From Anthoceros angustus (taxonomy: Eukaryota; Plantae; Anthocerotophyta), in contig MU008215.1 of assembly GCA_010909165.1 (NCBI GenBank), positions 303,403 through 367,402 of the forward strand: a stretch of DNA of 64,000 nt. Direction: 5' to 3'. The notes under the pieces were generated by a model, which saw only the letters and a program-made list of their open reading frames with translations, did no database searches and was not told where the DNA came from. Each line of letters begins with the position of its first letter. Position 1 is the stretch's first letter. The translations under genes and the position numbers were made by a program. Shown in pieces: positions 49,100 to 59,333 of the stretch.

Positions 49100-51520
49100 G
49101 ACTATTGGTGTCACCGGGCGAGGTCGTCAAGGTTCTAGACCTCATCATGCGCAAGCTACGCACATTCTTCATGACGCCGAGGTGATACCACGTGCCCCTC
49201 ACTTCTATTACCCTTTGTAGTGAAACTTTACGGCAATGTGGGTCACGTGGTTGCCGATTCGGGACCGTGATGGCGATGTTCATTTTGGAGGCGAAGATGC
49301 CTCCCAATATCTCCGAGAGATCGATTCGGAAAGAAGAACCAAACGCGCCGAATTTTGCGCCAGATATGACTCGTTTGCGGCATGCATGCCTCAACCTTCT
49401 CAAAGAAAGTAAGCAATTACAATCGAGCATTGGTGACATGTTATAAAGCGTGAAGTGGAGTTCTCTGTGTGGACGCGCACTTCCGCATTGCGACAAATGT
49501 TCACTTCTTGAGTGCAGTCCAGGTGGAGGAGGACTCATCGGCTCGTGTGCCTCGCCTTCCTCCCACTCCAAGAAATATGAATCTCTAAATCGCAATGGAT
49601 AGAAGTCCTGGAGGGAGGGTACGGAAAGTGGCGAACGGGTGCGGGGTCCGAGGTCCGTTTAATGGAAATGCTAGTGGTGGAGAAGTGGACACCCAAATGT
49701 GGATGAAGAGAATGTTTTCCAGACACCACCCAAGACGAAGTCCACCTTCCTATCATCCAAACCTATGTCCGAGACGTTGCCCGAGAAGCGAACATGATAT
49801 CGGGTTCAAGCGCCGCCGCGTTTCTTTGCGTAAGAGAGGGGACGTGTGTTGCGATTTTGAAAACCATGTTGCAACAAATTGTGCATCCAAAAGTTCTCGC
49901 CCCTAGCCCAACATTGTACTTTCATTTGTCTCAATGATATCGTGATGCCCGGATAAGCATCGATCGATGGATGAACGGAAAAGCTCACAAGCATCGCACA
50001 AAAGGGTACAAGGAGCCACACAAGTATATGTTATTATGTATCGATGGAATGGATCAAAAAACGCCGCCCCCATATCTTAAGGTGGCGAAGGACTTAAAAG
50101 AGGACAAAGAAGATTACATGTAGTGGGTTGCATGATTCATAATTACACATTCAAGTAGGGCGATCTCCACTATGCGAATTTGAGGAATGATGCAAATTTG
50201 ACGATTTCTATTATACAGATGTGATCCTCACTTATGAAGGTTGCTTCCTAAAGTTTTATATTTGTAGGACAACACACAGGGAGAACAAGAATCAGCTCTT
50301 TGCTTACCTCAACATGCTCGTCGACCTAGGAACGTTTGAGAAGGTGAAGGTTGGTTTCTTCTTGGGCATACACACGATCAAGTCGACCAAATGTTTTCTT
50401 GTTTCTCGAAACATCTCAAAACACAAAGAGGCTAGAACCCTACCAACTATGCGGGGACATTTTGAGAATGTATACACCGAACCCAAGTGAAGGTGGTAAC
50501 GGAAGTTGCAGATTTCGCTCATTTGTGTGGCCCGGAGAAGGAGGTCGAAGTACAAAGCTGCAGATGGAAGTTGAACAACCTTCATTCCAACACCAGTTCA
50601 AAATTACCCAAGAAGACAAAGTGGACGGGAAAGGTAATCATTCGAGTAAACAATACTCGACTTCCATTGTGGGGAAATCAAGATGGCCTCGAGTTCTTGT
50701 GCCAGCCCACCATCATCGGCCCAACTCCCTTAATGGCATTGCAAAAGACAAGAAAGGGAGTGGAGGAGGCTTGAGTGCACGTGATGGCGAGATCACTTGA
50801 AGAAAGGGATGCTGAAGTTACCAACTTATGTGAATGTTGAGGGGAGTGGTGGGATGATTTGGAAGGATCAAGAGGAGATCGCAACGATTGTGGACCATAA
50901 CATCGGACTTGTTTTGAAAACCCGTGGAAGTGGTAATGATAGGGCGCGAAGCAAATGTGCCTCCCTTGCGGTTCGGATCTCTCCTTAAGCATTATATTGG
51001 ATGTACCACAACGGGACATGTACCTGGGAGCATATTAGAACGTTGAACTACATGAAGAGGAAGTGGAGAGGATGAATGGTGACATCATGGAGATTAAAAA
51101 AGATATGTTCATTGTAACGCCTTGTGAGGGCGATACTCACAATAGGGCGTTGTGGGTGGCCAAGGATGTTGGTGTCCACCTCACCGTCCCTGACCCCTAT
51201 TTCTTTGTGCGTATGGACCGAACACATGATGCTTTTGAAGGAAGTATGTAGGGAATACTTTCGTGTCCGATAGCGACATTGCAGCACCTTTGAAAGGCAA
51301 GGCGGAAAAGGTTTCAGCCTCCGAACATCCGAAGCTCTTCAGTAAAACCATTATTGTGTATGGGTTCTGACATCCGAAACATCTCTACGCAACAGACAAG
51401 AAAGCGATCAGAGAGAAATTGAATGCTCTTCGGCCTCATATCGTGCCCTCCACCCTAGATGCAGCTATCGATAGCGAAGATGATGGTGATGAAGCAGTCC
51501 TGACTGAGGAAGAAGGTTAA
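49100..51520 (+). pseudogene. Sola-like DDD transposase (frameshifted)
   Basis: IDGMDQK (~50040), DN..RENKNQLFAYLNMLVDLGTFEKVKVGFF (~50268), GHTHDQVDQMFS (~50365); acidic tail ending at a stop at ~51520. Confidence 0.8.
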
Positions 51521-52539
51521 GAGTCAGGCGAAGAGTGAGGATGTGATTCAGTTGGTTGGTACAAGATAAGTGAGATCTATTGGATGGTGTTGTCATGGCC
51601 AATGGGAAGACGGGAGCGTAGTATCAGGTTGTGAGTGAATTTTATTATCTCCCGTATCCCAAAGAAAATGTTATTACTACGGGCATGCGGGGCCCCCCTT
51701 ACATGAAACGGATCGATTTCTTCATTGAACATTCTCGCAGTGAAGTAGAGATCCCAAATCCCTAGGGTTCATCACACTTTGTTTCCCCAACCCTAGTTTG
51801 AGGCATGTTGCTCAAAGAACAGGACACGGGGGGATAAAAACTAAGTTCCTCCGCTCATGTGGACTAGGCAAACAGAGAATTCAGTTCTGTATGGCATCGG
51901 TTTGGACTGACGGGCGGCACCATCTCATTTAGATGTTGCAAGGAGAGCCGGGTCGTGGCTATGTGCAGATGCCGCCCCTAACCCCGACCGCCTCCTTGCA
52001 CATTCGAATGAGCAAGTGACCATGGCGCGCCGACAAAATGGGCGCCGGCATGCGCGCCTAACCTCTCACCCGAATCAACCACGGTATCCTGCATATTGCG
52101 AGGTGTTCAGCCGATGTTTTCCCTTTTCCAAAAGTCCATGCATTATAGCTTTTGGGTTGGCGAGGTCGTGAGGACATACATAAATAAGAATAATACTACA
52201 GCATTTATTCATACGCTGCATCTATGCACTTTGTTACAAGATGGGTCTCCATTCCCTTGAATCATGTATTGTGTCGTGCACCATTCTTGTCCAATTGTCA
52301 TCCATGGATCCTATGATCCACATGTTGAACACCATAATTTTTCAAGAGTTTTCCGCTAACTATGTCGCATAACCAATTTGGTACCCATCACGAACCCTGC
52401 TTCAGCGATATTGGCCTATAAATAGTTTGATAATGTATATTCAGCCTTCAAATATTAGCACGTTAAACCCACACCTTGCGTGAAATCATCTATGTAGCTT
52501 AATAAAATAGAGGCATATAGCTTTGATGATGCATGTAGG

Positions 52540-55500
52540 TGTTACGGTACTAAAATAATCTTACCGCTTAGGGTTATCCTGTCGGGTTAATTATAATGAT
52601 GGTTATTTATCCAAGGGTCACTTTCTAGCTTAAGGGTTGCCTAGATGTTTAGCACATAAGACCAACTAAGACACTATTTTTGTATTCATTGTTTATGCTC
52701 TTAATTAGATCGTGCTTCGTTTTTCTCTTGTACTCTGGCCATGGTTCTATCCGAACATGGTATCAGAGCCTCGCTCTTTATGATCACCTTTAGATGATGA
52801 CCAGATCCGGAGGAACCCTAAAATACCCATACCTCGGCACGCTATGGAGTGAATATGATATTCACCTACGCTTTTGGATCGAGGCTATTGATGTTTTAGT
52901 CTGGTTAATGGACTGGTATCATCTCACACTAAATGGCAGCTACGATGATGTTGCCATTGTATCGTCACAACGTTTAAATCGGAGAGTTTGGACAAGTCTC
53001 GATTTCAATCTAAGATCTTAAAAGTCAAGACGCTAAGAGGAATTGAAGTATATTAAAATTGTAACCGATATTGGTGTTCGAAGAGTAACCGACTTCGGAA
53101 GAAATCACAATTATCCTAGGATAATTGAGGAGTCTACGGGCCTAATGCTACTCCTCCCCGCACACAATCATCGCACTTATAATTACAAGAATTCGGAAGA
53201 ATTATGAATGCAATTTCTAAATTCCTAATTCCAAAATGCCTTCATGGGCGACGAGGTCACGCCTGCAGAATCAAATTTCACCGCATGGTAGTAGACCCAG
53301 CTGCCGACATTCAGGAACTCACAGCAACAAAGAGTTGCTGCTTACACCCGACCATCTAGCTACAACCCATCACGGGTGTACATTGAAAGTAACGACGAGG
53401 AAATTGCAGAGTTATTCCCAGACAATTCTCCTCGGTCACCAGAAACTGTCGGTGTATACAGAGTCCTGAATGACCGCCTAGGCAGAACTGAAGAAATTCT
53501 GCTCAGGATCCTTGCCAGACAGGGCACGCAATCTGCAGAGAGATATGTTGAAGTAACCGACAGACTAGAAGCTCTTTCTAGGGAGGTCAACGGACGCCTG
53601 GAATTGCTCTCCCTAGAACTGCAACACATAACAGAGCTTATATCAAATATAACCTGGCCGAGATACCTCACTGTCAGATGCCCCGACCGCAAAGAATGTT
53701 TTGAGACTGATTCCCACCTCGAGAGCCGATCATCTCATTGGAAAGTGACGGAATCGCCATGCTGGAGGCTGGCATGCCGAGATATCGTTGCCAGGATCAG
53801 CGGCTTTTCGCAGGAAGAGATGCCTCAAGGCAATGTGTCTTTCCTGCTCCCGTGACACTTCGCTGCATCAACCGCCACATTACCTGTCAATTAGGGTTTT
53901 CTAATCTTGTTTTGCGTAATGAAGCTTAAGATTAGGGTTCACACTAGGTAACGCTCAATTACCGCTTCACATTAGAGTTTCTTCGTGAAGAATCCTGAGT
54001 TTGTCGGTGATTGTTAGTCCCCTAGTCTCTCTGTTCTTTTGTGCAGTATCTTCTGCACATTACACAACAGGAAGATTAGTAAGCATGACTAACGTCCCAC
54101 ACCTCCTCCTCCGAACCTATACCCCAACCTTTACATCCGAGTTAAAGGAAAAGGATAGGTTTAATGGTTATAAGTATGAAGTCTGGAGAGTGAGGATGAA
54201 GTCCACACTGCTAGCCAGAGGTGTTTGGGGTATAGTGGATGGGTCCATCCCCGAACCTGACCCCTCTAATACCGAAGGAGAGAAGGACAGATGGGCTCAT
54301 GCCAAGAGCGCCCATGGCACTCGGTAGGTGGCCTGCGTAAGACATGATTCAAGAATTGAATTCCTCACCAAAGCAAGTGAGATATGGAAATGATATCTAA
54401 TCAATATGAAGTAAGGAATGTCCTTACCTTATGTGCACTCGTGCAAGAATTCTATGGACCGAAAATGAGGGAAGGAGATAAAGTACTTGCTCACACCAAG
54501 AAGCTCGACATCTTCGAGCACAACCGCAGTGCATAATCGGATGGATGAAGTAGACGCCATTGCATTGCTCCAGCCTTCCCCTAGTTATCGTAATTTTGTA
54601 TCCGCACATAATGTCCCTATCCCACAGCCCAAGCCGGTAAGACTTCAACTCTCACCTTAGACGAGTGATTGGCGCCTGCTCCGTGAAGAGCAGAGCAGCT
54701 TATGTCGTGGTCCGGATCTAAGTCCAAAGTCGACGTAGTGCTCACTTTCCGTGGAAGGCAAGGCGAGGGCAAACCTAAGATAGCACTCACAATCAAGGCT
54801 CCCGACATGATGCGTGACCCTCTAATTCCAATTTTAACAAGCGCAGTGTACTTGTAATTGGTGTGGCATACCGGTCATTGGGCCTGGATTGTCGAAAGAA
54901 AAGGCCGGGTGAGCCTCGAAGCCTACCAGACTGGCACCCACCGTGAATCTATGATAAACGGGCGATTCAAGTAAGCTCTTGTAAAATCTGATGCTTGTCC
55001 ACATCCACGGAGACAAGACACTGGTACTCTAGACTCAGTGACTTCACATCTTTGGGATGAATCCTCTTCACTTCGAGTATTCAACCAATGTTGACAGAGT
55101 GTACTTAGGAGATGAATGAAAACACAAGCTTGCGCATCCAAGGACAAGGATGCTGCACCTTTCGCTTGAGTGATGGGACAATTCTAACGGCAGATGTTTG
55201 TGCCACATGGCAAAGAATTGTCTTGAGCGTTTCAAACTCAAGATTTTTGAGCTCACCTCCTGATGATTGTTGTTGTCTTTAAAGACTTCTCCAGCCCATC
55301 CGCCTTCCGTGCCATTCAAGAACATGATTTGTATCGCCTTACTTACTTGTGTACCGGGTCACCGTAACAAGGCATATTCAACAAGTGTTTAACCTTACGC
55401 AAGACAACAGAATTCACACTGTGGCATGCCCGCTTGGGACATGTCAACAGAACACTATGGCTGCTATGTCAAAGTCTACATGCTTCGGGAGCCCTTACCA

Positions 55501-58500
55501 TCTTGCTTGAAGGAGCTACCGCTATGTGAAACATGCGCTCGCCATGTAAGGAATGCCCCTTCCTTCGCCTCCCCGCCGCTGTAACCACTCAGCCTCCTTG
55601 ACCTTGTTCACTCGACATCTCCGCCGCCTGTGTCTGGCCACTTGAGGCGAATATTATCACCATCATCGATGACTATATACACATGGACTTTCCCTATGAA
55701 ACGCAAGAATGAGACCTTTGCCTTATTTCGTGATTGGTTACTCTTGGTACAAATGCAAACCGGCCTTCTTCTCAAGGTCTTCCGATCCGATAATGGGACA
55801 GAGTTTGTCAACCATTCGCTCACCAAATTCCGAACAAGGCATTATCCATCAATTGATAGTTCCTTACACGCAAGAATGTAATGGTGTTGTCAACGCAAGA
55901 ACCGAGACTCATGGGAATGACTCGAGCTATGTTGTTATGGTCGTTTACCTTCCTCCTATTGGGCTGAAGCCGTTGTCACCTCCACATACATATTGAATGA
56001 TTGCCCACTAGCTCCCTCACGGACACCTTTTGAGCTTGTTTGGAAACGGAAGCCAAGTCTTCTCCACCTTAGGATTTTTGGATCCAAAGCCTATGCATAC
56101 ATTCCCGCAAAAGCGAAGTTAGATGATCGCCTCACGCCTTACCTTTATTGACAGGAGCATGTAAAAGCATATGTTTTAGATCAAACCTCTTTACAACTGG
56201 TCCTAGCATGGAGTGTCATTTTGTTGAACTCTCGCAGCTCGCTGGCAGCGATGACCGATCCGGTCGCCAAAGATCACCGATGAACTTGACAAACCCGCCG
56301 GACTGCTTTCCTTATATCCCGAGGACATGGGCATCATCATATGCTTGAAGACTTGGCTGACCTACATCCTCCAGATGACCTGGATGCTAATCGTTATGCT
56401 CAACCAGCACCTTTGCCAGCTGATGAGGATGTGTTGCTTGACATCCCTCCAAAGACCGCAAAGATGAAATCAATTCTAGGCCATCATCCGGATTGACATG
56501 GACATTAACCGGATGAGCGTAACCTATGAGCAGCAAGCCGATGATCACAATGGTTTACCTGGAAATTATGATCTCCAGCCTGCTAATGCTGATCCTCCCC
56601 CTGTGGCCATGGCTCCTTCAGAGAACGATGATGGCCCACGCCGATCATCTCGCCACGTGCCTCCACCTTCGTAATGGAAAGAACCCGTGATATCAACTGC
56701 TGACTTTCGCCATTGTAGGAGTCTATCTCTACTCCACTTGTTCCACCGTAACCGCTTAATCTCACATCAAGCTTTTATCGGTCCTCGACAAAGAGAAATG
56801 GAAATTTGCAAAGTGATGACAGTACAAATTAATTAAAATGGGATATGGCGCTTAGTTCCTGCACTGCTAATGTGAAGCCTATCACATGCAAATGGGTATT
56901 CAAGCATAAGCTCAATGCGATGGACAAATAGCAAGATACAAAGCACGACTGCGGCTCGCGCTTCACGCAAGTTGCGTGCCTTGACTATCGTGAGACTTTT
57001 CTCCACTCGTGCTCCTCGCCTTTATCTTGCCCTTGTACCGAAAGTATGATCTTGAATTACAAAGCAGATGGACGCCTCAGACCGCTTTCTACACGGCATA
57101 CTTGAGGAAGAATCGATATATGGAACTGTAAGGTTATGCGGATCCCGTGACACCCGACCACGTGTCGTCATTAAATGTTTATATGGTTTAAAGCAAAGTG
57201 CCGAACGATGGTACAAACGATGTGACAAGGCTCTCAAAGCTTGGCTTGGCCAATGTGCAGCAGATTCTAATGTATATGTCCCATGTAAAGGTGCAACTTA
57301 CGTGATTCTTGCCCTTTATGTGGACGACGTGATTCTTGCCGCCAATGATACACCGCTAGCACAAGTCAAAACATGTTAGGACAAACTTTCGAAATGACCG
57401 ATAGTGGAGACCTTCTATTCGCTTAGGTATTCAAGTTGAGGGTTCGCTCAGAGGTTGCTCATTATCCATCAACACAAATACATAGCGTAAATTCTACACA
57501 AGTTTAACATGGGCCAGCTCATCCAAATACACCTGTGTGCCGTGGGTGCAAAGCTCACACGATATGAGTGCTCTACCACGTGTCGACTAACCGACATGCG
57601 TGACGCTCACCGCCATGCATGTTGTTAATTTTGTTAGCAATTGACACGCCCGTATATCCAACACCGGCCAAGACAAAGATTACGCTTTTGAGCACCTCGT
57701 CATGCACATCGGACACAAGTAAACGATCTTCCGCTATCTAAAAGGGACACATTTCATAGGGCTCCCACAGAGCAAAGGGACAAGGGCACTTATCTTTGCT
57801 GTGGCTTCACCGACGCAGATCGGGCTTCTACGCAATGATTCTCGTAAAAGCTTGTCGACATATGCTTTTCTCCTATCCCAAGTCGTCAACTCGGAGCTGC
57901 AAAAGCGTATCAAGATGCCCCTGCCCAAAGACAGTAGGCCGAATATAAGTCCTTAACAGATGCCACAAAAGAAGTTGAATGGGAACGGCTTTCCAAGACA
58001 TTGGTGAATCACAGGAAGGACCCACTCACCTCTTCTGCGACAATCAATCCGCCATTGCCTTGGTTGCCAACCCTCGCTTTCATGCTCGTACGAAACACAT
58101 AGAAGTACACCACCATTACGCTGTGGATGTCAGAGAGGGGAATAGTCAAGATTCTCTATGTCCCCACAGAGGAAAAACATGCAGATATCCTCAAAGGCAC
58201 TACCCAAGGACAAACATCTCAAACATATGGAGGGACTAGGTCCGATTGACTATCCAGTGATTTCAAGCCAAAGTGAAAGGAGTACTTACGGTGAGGCCTT
58301 CCGTCCTCGACAAGTTGTTGTTTTCTCTAGCGTATGTCCTCGCTCAAACAAAGGATGAGGTTAGTTGATCTTAACAAAGAAGAACACCAAGCTTAGCAAT
58401 GTGGATGAAGCTCCACGACAACCTAATCACCTTAGTTGTCGCTCTCCCGCCTCCTCCTGCTTTTTCTTCAACCTCCGAGAAGCTCATCACCTCGAGGCTT

Positions 58501-59129
58501 GATCAAACCAAATACACCGACGATCCTCCTTAGGCTCCTCATCTTTACCGGGCGCCCAGAGACTAATGTTCGCATCTTCCATCCGCCTATGCCGACACTC
58601 GAGCCCAACATGGCGCTCGCCCCCCGTTTCCTTCGCCGGCCCGAACCTTCGCTTACTGGCCGCTTGATCCTCTTGTTCCCTTCTCCACCGCCGCCTTTGT
58701 CGTTGTTCATCTCTCTCGCATCGTGATCACCGTAATCCCGACAAGCATATGCAGGCACAGCGTGAGGAGCGCAACGCAGTCGGTGACATATTTGTAGCCA
58801 TGGGGATCACCGGGCGCAATCGAAAGGCCGCTGATGGAGCGTAATGGCTTACACCACGCGCTCCTTGTGACCGCCCGCCTGCTACTGGATGCTCTTCCCA
58901 AGCTCGCCTCGCTTAAGGGAGGGTGTTACTTAAAATAATCTTACCGCTTAGGGTTATCCCGGGTTAATTATGACAGGGTTATTTATCCAAGGGTCACTTA
59001 GCGAAGGGTTGCCTAGATGTTTAGCACATAAGACCAACTAAGACACTATTTTTGTATTCATTGTTTATGCTCTTAATTAGATCGTGCTTCGTTTTTCTCT
59101 TGTACTCTGGCCATGGTTCTATCCGAACA
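52540..59129 (+). mobile_element. Ty1/Copia LTR retrotransposon (Copia-3), full length, TSD GTAGG
   Basis: LTRs 52540-52757 and 58924-59129 (TGTT...AACA); PBS tggtatcagagc at 52758; PPT taagggaggg; gtagg at 52535-52539 and 59130-59134. Confidence 0.96.
54085..58260 (+). pseudogene. Copia-3 gag-pol (frameshifted)
   Basis: gag RFNGYKYEVWRVRMKSTLLARGVWGIVDGS; LWHARLGH; INT LKVFRSDNGTEF; RT LYGLKQS and LALYVDDVIL; RH CDNQSAIALVANPRFHARTKHIEV. Confidence 0.92.
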
Positions 59130-59333
59130 GTAGGCATAGGTCCAAGCCTATGCCTACTGCCGGGTAACACTCGTTGCCTAACACATCCTTTCCTTACATA
59201 GGCTTAGGGTTATTTCCTAGCCTAACACATCCTTTCCTTACCCTCCAAGCCTCATCTCAATGTGAGAGAGTTACACTTGCCTCTTCCTATCCTCTCCTCT
59301 TTCCACCATCATGGGCTGCCACACGATCCTTCA

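Larger units (their letters stand above)
44146..52464 (+). mobile_element. TIR DNA transposon, Sola-like, 8.3 kb, 4-bp TSD AAAC, carrying a ParB-MTase gene
   Basis: TIRs aacatgctaatatttgaagggctgaatatac (44146-44176) and gtatattcagccttcaaatattagcacgtt (52435-52464); aaac at 44142-44145 and 52465-52468; excision restores Copia integrase KVWV|YPLRKKDEV. Confidence 0.9.
30508..52533 (-). mobile_element. Ty1/Copia element (Copia-2), 5'-truncated, host of the CACTA and Sola-like insertions
   Basis: 3' LTR at 30508-30758 (TGTAAGGG...ATCCTTCA on -) and PPT aagtgggaggt. RH KNPMFHAKTKHVDVKYHFIRE; RT LILYVDDMLI; integrase pieces at 43524-44145 (KSKKCIFLGY, YPLRKKDEV) and 52465-52533 (YIDDF..KVWV). Confidence 0.9.
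52534..59333 (+). mobile_element. Solo LTR of a Copia-2-related family (TG...CA), split by Copia-3
   Basis: TGTAGG|[Copia-3]|catagg...ccctccaagcctcatctcaatgtgagag...gatccttCA; the 3' ~95 bp match the reverse complement of 30508-30600; no PBS or PPT adjacent; flanks atgca/agccc do not match. Confidence 0.7.

Noticed and set aside
58715-58750. Peptide ACRDYGDH shared by minus-strand ORFs at ~1005-1028 and ~58722-58745
   Set aside because: The first is the antisense frame of the PPR gene and the similarity does not extend; treated as coincidence.
30508-59333. One giant inverted-repeat (TIR/DIRS-like) element bounded by 30508-30600 and 59240-59333
   Set aside because: Each is a TG...CA LTR of related Copia families in opposite orientation; similarity is partial, there is no shared TSD and no tyrosine recombinase was seen.
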